A DNA stretch of 64,000 bases. It comes from Ignavibacteria bacterium (GTDB lineage Bacteria > Bacteroidota > Ignavibacteria > Kapaibacteriales > UBA2268). The notes beneath the pieces are model-generated. The model did not search any database. It was not told where the DNA came from and saw only the letters and a list, made by a program, of their open reading frames with translations. Positions 7,815 to 16,953 of this stretch are shown piece after piece (positions within the stretch are counted from its first letter, which is position 1; each line of letters opens with the position of its first letter). The translations under genes and the position numbers were made by a program. The stretch spans positions 72,530-136,529 of the forward strand of contig JAERMQ010000013.1 in assembly GCA_016844745.1 (NCBI GenBank), read 5' to 3'.

Positions 7815-10800
7815 TCATCTTACTACAGCAAATTTCCTGCGTTCATACTCAACTGTGCTGCCGTCTGCTTTGGTTTCGCGAACATAAAATAAATAAATAC
7901 CCGGGTCGATTAGATTGCCGTTTCTATTATGCAAATCCCAATCGACACCGCCATTACCGTCAATCTCTTTCAAGCGAGCAATTAATTCACCCTGAATTGT
8001 AATGACCACAACTTCACATTTTGAGGGTATTTGTGCAAAAGTTAAATGATTTGCATCTCCTAATTTAATAGGATTAGGATAGGCAAATGCATCATCTCCA
8101 TTCGGTGAAGTAAATAAAAAAGATAGAGAATTGCCCGCTCCTGTGGTCATCAGATGTTCCGAATTAGATTTTACATTTTTGACAGTTAAAGTATATGTTT
8201 TACCAAGAGCAGCAATTAACTCACTCGGTTCCAATTCAATTGATACTTGAGCAGGATTGCTTTGCTTTTGATTTACTTTGATGATTTTACCATAAGGCGA
8301 AATCATATAATTACTAATTTGTTCGGCAGTCTGCTGCTCAGTTGGTTCGGAAAATTCGACTAATAATTGAGTTCTGGAAATTACTTCGAGGCTTTTCAGA
8401 TAAAGGAATATTTCTTTTTGTTGTTTACTTAATTCCAGTGGTAAATAGTTTTCTTTTGTAGGCATACGCCACATATCCCTGAACGATTTACATCGAAGGA
8501 TATATTGACCTTCTGTTATAAAATCCGGTAAGGTAACAATTAAACTCGAATCGTTACCAAAGACAACACTTTTAGCTATTGTAAGGAATTCTTTTTTTAC
8601 ATCCAATAATTCAAATAAAGCAGGCTCGAGAGTTTTATTACCGAGCTTACCTGTGTATTTGACCAACAGACGATTACCATTTTGAAATTCTGCCGATTGT
8701 GCAAATAACGGATTATGTGTATAAATTTTAACAATATTTGTATCCAATAATGAAAATTGACTGTAGAAGTCAGTCATGTTACTATTATATGAACGTATTA
8801 CAAAAGAATAGAATTTATTTTTTCCTAAATTTTCAATGTTGATTGTATTGGAGGTAGTCTGCCCAACCGGGTCTGCAAATACGGATTTACCTTCGAACCG
8901 CAGCGAATCAATTTCGTATCCTTCTGCATCAGGTGAAGGATACCATTGAAAGAAAGCAGTCGAATCGCTCGTTGCCCAGCCATCGAATGATGTAGGTGCC
9001 GATGGTCCCTGGAATTGTGCATTAAATTCATAGAACACTGTCTCATTGCCGGTATTGAAGCCTATTTCATTCACTCCGTTGTTATTGAAATCATAAATTA
9101 CCGCGCTATTCGAAAATGCATTATTATTCCAGTAAAGTGGTTTCATATTCTGGTTTTTTTTATCCCATTTCAAAATATACAAATTCGGAAAAGGCATAAG
9201 CACTATCTCATCACCCGGTTCTTTATCCAAATTCCCTGCAGACACACCATTTCGGTAATCAATACCGCTCCGAACTCCGTAAACATAATCTGTCCAAATT
9301 GATTTATATGAATTTGTTCCAATCTTCTGAAAAATTCTATATTTCCATATAATTACTCCGTTATCATTTTCATTTGGAAGAAGACTACTATCAATGGAGC
9401 CAATAAGTATTTCAGGAATACCGTTACCATCAATATCAACGGTAGAAATATAAAAATTCTCATCAGAGTTGCCGCTTGAATCAATAAATTCAAGATTCAA
9501 AGCGCCCTTCGAAAATTCATAAAACATAATATCTCCACTCCGGTTTCCAAAACACAATTCAATATTTCCATCACCGTCGAAATCACCAATAGCAAGTCCC
9601 GGTAGTGTGCCGATATGCTTCCTTTCTCTGTTTGAATCTAATGCCATTGTCATTAGTTCATAACGATTGTTCATAAAAGTATAAATCAAATATGATGTGT
9701 CGCTGGATGCAATCAGTTCTGGATTACCGTTTCGGTCGAAGTCATACATTCCGGCAGCCCAGAAATTATGATATACTGTATCGGAAAAAATTTTGTTAGA
9801 AAAAGGATTTCCCGATTGGATTGATGCCTGAAAAAGTACTGATTTGCCTGAAGATTTTGCAAATACTTCCATAATTCCGTCACCGTTGGAATCGCCCATG
9901 CCAACCGGTATCCAAAGATTTGGAGTAGAATCCCTTTGAATGAATTTATTATCCTTGAATTGATATATTTTTGTGGGTCCCCAAAGTGCTGAAGCCATCT
10001 CATTAACAGCAATGCAAGGATAGCCGTCGTGATAAAAATCCGATACTTTATTTAGAAGATTCTCAGGTGGCAGGGAATAACCCTGCTGTATGAATTTATC
10101 CGAGGGCATTCCTTCCTGTGGAAGAGTGAAATTGAATTTGTTAATTACGGAATCACAACCTGTGCGAACAGCTACAGCCTCGGCTTCGTAAACGATTCCG
10201 GGCTGAAGGTCGTATGCTGTAATGGAATGAAACCTGCCGCTGGTTTCATATTCGCTTATTTCTTTAAATTCGGAATTGGAATTTAAAGGACGGAATCTTA
10301 CCGAAAATAGGCATTGACTCGAGGTTTGCGCCGCTGCCAGCAGAATTCTTTTACCGTTAAATATTGGATAAAGAATAATCAGTGAATCTATTTTTATTCT
10401 CGTCTTTTCAGAAGCAATCTCAATATATTTGCGAAATTCGATTGTATGAAAATTCTTCAAATTGACGATTACTCTTATAGTATAAACGCTGTCGGAATAG
10501 TTATCAACAGGGATTTCCGCTAATTTACCATCTATGATTTGCGAGTTTGTTTTAATATTCAATGTATCCCAGGGTTTAAGATTAAAGTATTGTTTAATTG
10601 TATCGGGTAAATCCCTTTTCGGGACATATACCGGGTCGATTCCTTTGCCGATAAGAACAAGATAATTATTGAATAAAGGAGTTGCTATCGAGCCGGTTAC
10701 AGGAATGGTTGTTTGATTTTTCCTGTTGAAAACCTGATTATTTTTTGGCGTTGAAATGTATAGGTGAGTTCCTCCAATAATATTTAAGGCTGCTTCGGCA

Positions 10801-12413
10801 TTGAGGATACCGGCTCCGGCTTCAATATTCCAGCCTCCATCACCGAAACCGGTTGCGCTTGCTTCCAGTATCCCTTTTATGTCCTCAGGAGAAGCTAATG
10901 GATTAAGCTGACGTATCATTGCTGAAACTGCAGAAATATGTGGAGCAGCTAATGAAGTGCCTGCCGTTTCTTTGTATGCTCCTCCCATAGCGGTTGTTTT
11001 GATTTCTGAACCGGGAGCAAGTAATGCAAGCCGTGAATTGAAATTGCTGAATGATGCACGTTGATTTTTAATCGTTGAAGCGCCAACTCCAATAACTTCA
11101 TCATAATCGGATGGATAATGCGGTTTGCTTGCGCCGTCGTTGCCGGAAGAACCAATAATTACGCAACCGGATGCATAAGCAAATTTAACTGCTTCATGCA
11201 AAATCGGGGAATCCGAATATTCACCAAAACTACAGTTCAATATTTTAATTCCGTTTAATGCAGCATAAATTATTGCCGATGCTATATCACTCGACTGTCC
11301 GCCGCCAACTGCATCGAGGGCACGAAGTGTGACTATCTTAGCATCGAAAGCTATACCCGTTATTCCAATACCATTATTATTTTGGGCTGCAATAACTCCC
11401 GAAACAATAGTTCCGTGTCCATGATTATCAGTTGGAACAGCATCCCTCTGCCTGTCATCACCAACATTTGCAATCGACTCATCGACGAAATCATAACCAA
11501 TAACATCGTCAGAATATCCATTTCCGTCATCATCTTTTCCGTTGAGGTCGCCGGTTATCCCTTTCAATGTATCAGTAGATGTCCAAGGTTCGAATGTACC
11601 GTTTTGATTCAAATCTTCTTTAGGATTAATCCATAGGCTTTTTTTCAAATCGGGATGGTCGTATTCTATACCCGTATCTATTACTCCAACTAAAACATCT
11701 TTACCGGTGGAAAGTAGCCAGGCTTTATCTGCACCTATGGCTTTGATAGCCCATTGGTCTTTGTAATAAGTGTCATTGGGAGTTACTGATGTAGTATCAA
11801 TATGATAAATTACATTCTTATCAATTCGAATAATATCAGGATTGCTTCTCAATTTTTCCCATGCAGCAGGTATGGAAGCCTCATCGGTGAAATTCAAAAC
11901 AAAATACTTTCTTAATTCATTATAATCTTTGTTTTGTTCACTGGATAGTAGGGAATTACCGTTTTTGTCAGAATTAATCTTGGGAAAAATTTGCTTAAAC
12001 TTTGAATTTTTTAATCCAAGATGAATGAGAACATTGCCGATACTCGATGCTGAACGTAATTTTATAATAATAGAATTATTTCCGCTTTTACAGAATAGGT
12101 TATTTGATGAAAATAAAATTACAATTGATGAAAATAAAACTATAAATAACAGAATAGATGTCCTACATCTGCCAGATGTAGGACATCTTCGTTCCTTCAA
12201 TTGATAGATGTCATTAACAGCAATACGAAGTATTGTATAGAATCTATACAACGCATGAATACTGGATTCTTCACTTCGTTCAGAATGACAATCCTGTAAA
12301 TTTGAAAAATTTCCATGTGTATTTATACAAATTGGAAAGTGGATGGAACGGACATTTTTCATGGATATGCTTACAAACTTTCTACATAATTCAAATATAT
12401 AAAAAGCAATCAA
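7815..12413 (-). CDS. Very large secreted subtilisin-like (S8) serine peptidase with FG-GAP/VCBS-type repeats and a C-terminal T9SS/FlgD-Ig-like sorting domain. The 5' end is uncertain.
   Basis: S8 catalytic triad blocks: VIDTGIEYDHPDL (Asp), HGHGTIVSGVIAA (His), GTSLAAPHISAVSAMI (Ser). Multiple DxDGDG repeat motifs (GDFDGDGNIE, DIDGNGIPE). The C-terminal LTFAQIP...IQGELI...IYLFYV segment resembles a T9SS CTD. The listed N-terminus translates through two REP-like palindromes (12157-12187, 12265-12293) before the hydrophobic signal-like segment (ILLFIVLFSSIVILF). No in-frame ATG lies near that segment, so the true start may be a non-ATG codon around 12170 or the long leader may be real. Confidence 0.75.
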   Translation of the reverse strand: MIAFYIFELCRKFVSISMKNVRSIHFPICINTHGNFSNLQDCHSERSEESSIHALYRFYTILRIAVNDIYQLKERRCPTSGRCRTSILLFIVLFSSIVILFSSNNLFCKSGNNSIIIKLRSASSIGNVLIHLGLKNSKFKQIFPKINSDKNGNSLLSSEQNKDYNELRKYFVLNFTDEASIPAAWEKLRSNPDIIRIDKNVIYHIDTTSVTPNDTYYKDQWAIKAIGADKAWLLSTGKDVLVGVIDTGIEYDHPDLKKSLWINPKEDLNQNGTFEPWTSTDTLKGITGDLNGKDDDGNGYSDDVIGYDFVDESIANVGDDRQRDAVPTDNHGHGTIVSGVIAAQNNNGIGITGIAFDAKIVTLRALDAVGGGQSSDIASAIIYAALNGIKILNCSFGEYSDSPILHEAVKFAYASGCVIIGSSGNDGASKPHYPSDYDEVIGVGASTIKNQRASFSNFNSRLALLAPGSEIKTTAMGGAYKETAGTSLAAPHISAVSAMIRQLNPLASPEDIKGILEASATGFGDGGWNIEAGAGILNAEAALNIIGGTHLYISTPKNNQVFNRKNQTTIPVTGSIATPLFNNYLVLIGKGIDPVYVPKRDLPDTIKQYFNLKPWDTLNIKTNSQIIDGKLAEIPVDNYSDSVYTIRVIVNLKNFHTIEFRKYIEIASEKTRIKIDSLIILYPIFNGKRILLAAAQTSSQCLFSVRFRPLNSNSEFKEISEYETSGRFHSITAYDLQPGIVYEAEAVAVRTGCDSVINKFNFTLPQEGMPSDKFIQQGYSLPPENLLNKVSDFYHDGYPCIAVNEMASALWGPTKIYQFKDNKFIQRDSTPNLWIPVGMGDSNGDGIMEVFAKSSGKSVLFQASIQSGNPFSNKIFSDTVYHNFWAAGMYDFDRNGNPELIASSDTSYLIYTFMNNRYELMTMALDSNRERKHIGTLPGLAIGDFDGDGNIELCFGNRSGDIMFYEFSKGALNLEFIDSSGNSDENFYISTVDIDGNGIPEILIGSIDSSLLPNENDNGVIIWKYRIFQKIGTNSYKSIWTDYVYGVRSGIDYRNGVSAGNLDKEPGDEIVLMPFPNLYILKWDKKNQNMKPLYWNNNAFSNSAVIYDFNNNGVNEIGFNTGNETVFYEFNAQFQGPSAPTSFDGWATSDSTAFFQWYPSPDAEGYEIDSLRFEGKSVFADPVGQTTSNTINIENLGKNKFYSFVIRSYNSNMTDFYSQFSLLDTNIVKIYTHNPLFAQSAEFQNGNRLLVKYTGKLGNKTLEPALFELLDVKKEFLTIAKSVVFGNDSSLIVTLPDFITEGQYILRCKSFRDMWRMPTKENYLPLELSKQQKEIFLYLKSLEVISRTQLLVEFSEPTEQQTAEQISNYMISPYGKIIKVNQKQSNPAQVSIELEPSELIAALGKTYTLTVKNVKSNSEHLMTTGAGNSLSFLFTSPNGDDAFAYPNPIKLGDANHLTFAQIPSKCEVVVITIQGELIARLKEIDGNGGVDWDLHNRNGNLIDPGIYLFYVRETKADGSTVEYERRKFAVVR

Positions 12414-13396
12414 CGTTCATTAAAAATTCTATTCAGTGCATCGATTGCTTTCTTTACTATGCTTTTATCTACAAGATTTGACGAAATCAATTCCGGCATA
12501 TTGTATAATTTATAAGCAGAATCAAAATCCTTCATGTCCAAATATGCTGCCGCCTGAATGAATAATTTTAATCCTTCGTTATCGGAATTAGAGCATTTGA
12601 AATTTAGTAGAGCAAGAACAGCACGGGAATCTCCCTTTTTCAATTTGATTTGGGAAAGTCTTATTGCGGCTTTTTCTCTTTGTTCGACGGAAAGCTGCTG
12701 GGATTGATAAATTGCTGAGAATAATTCTTCGGCACGTGGAAAATTATTCATTGAAAATTCCGTTTCGCCCAAATGATACTTCAGCCACACATCACTTTGA
12801 TTTTGGCTTAATTCCTGTTCTAACAATTCCTTATTTCGGCTTTTTTTGGATTCGGAAGTATTCAAATACCCGTAATGGTGGATTAAGATATCGGATTCAG
12901 CTATTTGTAATCCGTTTCCGGTGATTGTTTCGGCAATTTGTTCGTGGATAGAGCCTTCATAGCGAATTAGCGGATGACGGCGGAATATTCGCGTATATCG
13001 GTGGGTTGACTTTTGTGAAATATCATTCTCATTTAAGAAATTATCAATTATAACGCTGATACCACCAATATCATTATTTAGAAATAAACCGGAATTTCTT
13101 TCAAGCGATTTCGAATCAAGTTCTTCGTCTGTATCGAGCGATATAATCCAATCTGTTCGCATTAGCGAAAGAGCATAGTTACGGGCTTCGGCGAAATTAT
13201 TATTCCACTTTAAAAAAAATACATCAGCACCCAGGAGTGAGGCAATATTCGGGGAATTATCAATAGAGCCGGTATCCACAACTACTATCTGATTGCAATA
13301 CGGTTTTAAAGATTCGATTGCCCGTCTGATAGTTGTCGAGGAATCACGGGAAATGAACGATGCTCCCAGCCGTTCTTTATAATTTGGCATATTCAT
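12410..13396 (-). CDS. Family 2 glycosyltransferase with C-terminal TPR-like repeats
   Basis: GT2 N-terminal motif (IVVVDTGSIDNS...) and DxD (LDTDEEL). The C-terminal half is helical repeats. Confidence 0.6.
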   Translation of the reverse strand: MNMPNYKERLGASFISRDSSTTIRRAIESLKPYCNQIVVVDTGSIDNSPNIASLLGADVFFLKWNNNFAEARNYALSLMRTDWIISLDTDEELDSKSLERNSGLFLNNDIGGISVIIDNFLNENDISQKSTHRYTRIFRRHPLIRYEGSIHEQIAETITGNGLQIAESDILIHHYGYLNTSESKKSRNKELLEQELSQNQSDVWLKYHLGETEFSMNNFPRAEELFSAIYQSQQLSVEQREKAAIRLSQIKLKKGDSRAVLALLNFKCSNSDNEGLKLFIQAAAYLDMKDFDSAYKLYNMPELISSNLVDKSIVKKAIDALNRIFNER

Positions 13397-14747
13397 TCAG
13401 GAACAAAGCCGATGTTTTAATTCCACCAAAGAAATTATTCAAATCCATATTTTCGTTAGGAGAATGGATATTATCTGTGGGCAATCCGAATCCCATTAGT
13501 ACAGTTGGGGCTTTCAATATTTGCTCGAAAAGCGCTAAAACCGGAATTGAGCCACCATCCCGCATATATACGACTTCCTTATCAAATGCAATGTTGAATG
13601 CGTTTTTAGCAGCCTGCATACCTTTAATGTCCCGTGGAACAAGTACAGGACTACCGCCAGGTGAAAATTTCACTTCTGCTTTTACGGTCGGTGGAATCAG
13701 GGATTTGATAAATTCTTCTGTTTTCCGTGCAATTTCAGAAGGATTTTGATTCGGTACCAAACGAAGCGATATCTTTGCAGTTGCATTCGAAGGGATAATA
13801 GTTTTTGAGCCTTCTTCGGTATATCCTCCGAAAATTCCGTTTAATTCAAAGGTTGGACGGGCCCAGACACGTTCGAGAGTTGAGTAACCTTCTTCACCGT
13901 AAGTTTGGGAAATTCCCAAATCTTTGCAATATTCTTCTTCGTCGAAAGGCAATTTCCGGAATTGAACTTTTTCTTCTTCGGTCAATTCCAAAACATCATC
14001 GTAAAATCCGGGGATATTGATTTTCCCTTTTTCGTTTTTCATTTTGGAGATAATATTGCAAAGGGCAATCAATGGATTTTCAATACCTCCACCGAATGAA
14101 CCTGAATGAACATCCCTATTGGGTCCGAAAACGGTGATTTCACCTATAGTAATACCACGTAATGAATAACAAATCGTTGGAATACCATCGGCAAACCATT
14201 CCGTATCCGAAACCAAAACCGTATCACAAGCAAGTAGCTCTGCATTATTTTCAACGAATTCATCCAAGTGGGAGACCGATGCTTCTTCTTCGCCTTCGAA
14301 AATCAGTTTGACATTTACAGGTAGTTTACCTTCAACGGCTAAATATGCTTCTATTGCTTTTAAATGAGTAAATAACTGACCTTTATCATCGGCGGTTCCC
14401 CGGGCAAATATTTTTCCATTGGAAATTTTGGGTTCGAATGGTGGGGAATTCCACAACTTCATTGGGTCAACAGGCTGGACGTCGTAATGCCCGTAAATTA
14501 ATACAGTTTCTGAATCAGTACCGGCACCAAGCCATTCAGCATAAACGATAGGTGAACCTGCTGTTGGGATTATTCTTGTTTGTTTCAATCCGATTTGTTT
14601 TAAATGATTTTCTAACCAAACTGTACATTTTTCTATATCGGGTTTATGCTTTGCCTGGCTGCTTATGCTTGGAATACGAAGGAATTCAATTAATTGATTC
14701 AGGAAGATTTCTTTTTTCTCTTCGATATAAGCGAGGATTTTTTCCAT
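13377..14747 (-). CDS. M20-family dipeptidase / peptidase (ArgE/DapE/PepV-like)
   Basis: YGHYDVQP, GRGTADDKG and FEGEEE metal-binding blocks typical of M20A. Confidence 0.8.
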   Translation of the reverse strand: MEKILAYIEEKKEIFLNQLIEFLRIPSISSQAKHKPDIEKCTVWLENHLKQIGLKQTRIIPTAGSPIVYAEWLGAGTDSETVLIYGHYDVQPVDPMKLWNSPPFEPKISNGKIFARGTADDKGQLFTHLKAIEAYLAVEGKLPVNVKLIFEGEEEASVSHLDEFVENNAELLACDTVLVSDTEWFADGIPTICYSLRGITIGEITVFGPNRDVHSGSFGGGIENPLIALCNIISKMKNEKGKINIPGFYDDVLELTEEEKVQFRKLPFDEEEYCKDLGISQTYGEEGYSTLERVWARPTFELNGIFGGYTEEGSKTIIPSNATAKISLRLVPNQNPSEIARKTEEFIKSLIPPTVKAEVKFSPGGSPVLVPRDIKGMQAAKNAFNIAFDKEVVYMRDGGSIPVLALFEQILKAPTVLMGFGLPTDNIHSPNENMDLNNFFGGIKTSALFLNEYAKL

Positions 14748-14836
14748 ATCTGATTATAATTATTTTATTAAATATTTGTTAATTGTAGTCAAAAAAAGTC
14801 TTTCCTGCGAATGCAGGAATCCCCTCCCAGAGTGTA

Positions 14837-15652
14837 TCAGGAAATTCCAGCACTCCCAGGAATGAAATTTTTTTGATTAATAGAATTACTCTTAAGCAAT
14901 TTAATGATTTTCTCAGGGAAATTGGTTACAAGCGCTTTAATATTGTATCTCAAAAATTTCTTCAAATGCTCCTCCGTATCTATACTATAGACGCCTATGT
15001 AAAGACCGGATTTTTCGGCATCATCCGATATCGTTTGATTTATTTCATTAAGTGAGCAAACAAAAGCTTCACAGCCGATTTCGGAGGCAATTTCCGATGA
15101 CAATCGTTTATCGGCAGGTAATTTTATTGCTGCGGTATGAATATTATTATTACTTATTTTGATTTTTTTAAGTATATCGTAATTAAACGATGCTAAAAGT
15201 GTGTAATCCTCAAGTTCTGCATCCATGATTTTGCCTAATAAATATTCTGCTTCTTCCAAAGTATTGAATTTTCCGGAACTTTTTATTTCTATATTGAGAT
15301 AAACTTTTCCGGCTACTAATTTCAAAACATCATCCATCAATGGAATTTTAGTTCCTGAAAATTCGGATGAAAACCAAGAGCCTGCATCATAAGATTGTAG
15401 TTGTTTATAATCGAAATCTTTCACTTTTCCTTTACCATTTGTGGTGCGCTCCAAAGTCGGGTCATGGAAAGTAATAATCCTGTTATCGGCTGTGGTTTGA
15501 ATATCTATTTCGAGCATCTCGCAGCCGCTTTCAATGGCTTTGATGTACGATGGTAAAGTATTTTCCGGTGCAGTTCCGGAAGAACCTCTGTGACCTACTA
15601 CAAAAAATTTTTCCTCGAGAGCAAACTCCCTCAACGGTTTTAGTTTCTTCAT
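14837..15652 (-). CDS. Glycerophosphodiester phosphodiesterase
   Basis: VVGHRGSSGTAPENTLPSY ... EIDIQTTADNRIITFHDPTLERTT are GDPD catalytic motifs (HR...E.D...HD). Confidence 0.8.
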   Translation of the reverse strand: MKKLKPLREFALEEKFFVVGHRGSSGTAPENTLPSYIKAIESGCEMLEIDIQTTADNRIITFHDPTLERTTNGKGKVKDFDYKQLQSYDAGSWFSSEFSGTKIPLMDDVLKLVAGKVYLNIEIKSSGKFNTLEEAEYLLGKIMDAELEDYTLLASFNYDILKKIKISNNNIHTAAIKLPADKRLSSEIASEIGCEAFVCSLNEINQTISDDAEKSGLYIGVYSIDTEEHLKKFLRYNIKALVTNFPEKIIKLLKSNSINQKNFIPGSAGIS

Positions 15653-15827
15653 ATTCTCCGTATCATATCAAAAAATTTCAAAAATAATCAAAACTTCTCT
15701 TATTAAATAATTTGGATTTCAAATTATCAATAGAAAGATAAAACGATATTCTTTAAAAAGTATTTGGAATTATAAAAAAATTATACGAAATTAACAGAAA
15801 ATTTTTTACAATTGAAAGGGAAGGAAC

Positions 15828-16268
15828 ATGCCGCAAACAGTAACTGTCCAGAAAATAATGACAAAGGATGTCTTTACAATTGGTTTGGAAGACACCGTTC
15901 ATAGAGCAGATGAAATTATGAAAGAAGAAAATGTACGCCATGTTCCGGTCGTCGACGGTGGTAAATTAGTAGGGCTTATTACCGAACGCAGCCTTAGGGA
16001 ATACACACTCAGGAATCTTTATGAATTCGATGAATCAAATGAAACGGAAGGTCGGAATAAAATTTCTGATTTTCATGATATCATGACCGAAGTTCTGCAT
16101 ATTGTTTATCCTGATGATAGCGTTGAAAAGGCTGTTAAGCTTATGACGAAGTATAAAGTCGAATGTTTACCGGTAGTGGATTGGAATAATAACCTGGTTG
16201 GCATATTGACAACTTATGATGCCTTGTTGTTTCTACATAATAAACTCGCTGAAGGTAAGGTCTTATAA
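15828..16268 (+). CDS. CBS-domain pair protein
   Basis: Two CBS repeats (IMTKDVFTI...HVPVVDGGKLVGLITERSL and IMTEVLHIV...LPVVD.NNNLVGILTTYD). Confidence 0.75.
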   Translation: MPQTVTVQKIMTKDVFTIGLEDTVHRADEIMKEENVRHVPVVDGGKLVGLITERSLREYTLRNLYEFDESNETEGRNKISDFHDIMTEVLHIVYPDDSVEKAVKLMTKYKVECLPVVDWNNNLVGILTTYDALLFLHNKLAEGKVL

Positions 16269-16321
16269 CAAGACTTCGGATTGATAATTTTGTTTAGGTG
16301 GGTTCTAAAAATTCAATTTAG

Positions 16322-16402
16322 ACTGTCATTCTGAGCGAAGCGAAGAATCTATCTTGTTGATTTTAAAGAAGACTGGATTCTTCGCTTCGCTTCAGAATGA
16401 CA
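16322..16402. repeat. Hairpin element, family A (arms tgtcattctgagcgaagcgaagaatc / gattcttcgcttcgcttcagaatgaca)
   Basis: ~26-bp inverted arms separated by ~24 bp. Related copies at 39299-39372 and 42442-42521; half-copies at 12265-12293 and ~46447-46466. Confidence 0.8.
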
Positions 16403-16953
16403 ATTTTTAGAAGCCCCCTTTATTCAATTCAACCTATTTTGTTATTTGGTAATAATTTAAAAGATTGATTATAATATTAAAATAAATATACTTTTACATT
16501 CTCTTTATTCGAATAGAATTTAGAGTAACGTATCTTTAAAATTAGTATTTCTTACCTTAATTAGTGATACTAATTAATTTATTATTTCTAAAATATTATA
16601 TTAAATTTAAATTGTTTTGAGGAAATATTGGCTAAATATTAATATAAACATTTAATTACATTATAATAATAATAAAATACTACAAATAATATCATTAATT
16701 TATTGATAATTATATATATTGAAAAAAAAAATTCCATTATAACATATCCCGGAAGAAATAATTGAAAATCAAATAAGTAAAATTTCTTTGAAAAGAACAT
16801 CCTACTTAATTTTTAGGCAGGATGTTCTTTTTTGTAACATTTACGATATAAAAAAATAAATTTCTTTGTTAGAGGTCTGAACTATAAATAAATTTGCTTA
16901 TTAGTAATATTATAAAAATTTGTTTATTATTTGATAACATAAAGGTAGTATTT

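Noticed and set aside
12664-12924. Various 60-160-aa ORFs on the opposite strand inside long genes (e.g. 12664-12924, 18705-19178, 24520-24938, 43135-43440, 30625-31242)
   Set aside because: They are embedded antisense within well-supported long genes (GT2, MCP, activase, metH, purB), lack motifs, and have biased compositions typical of antisense frames.
16440-16950. Possible CRISPR array or small RNA in the 500-bp AT-rich gap upstream of the MCP gene
   Set aside because: No regularly spaced direct repeats of 25-40 bp are visible, only low-complexity A/T runs. Nothing supports a CRISPR or a structured RNA.
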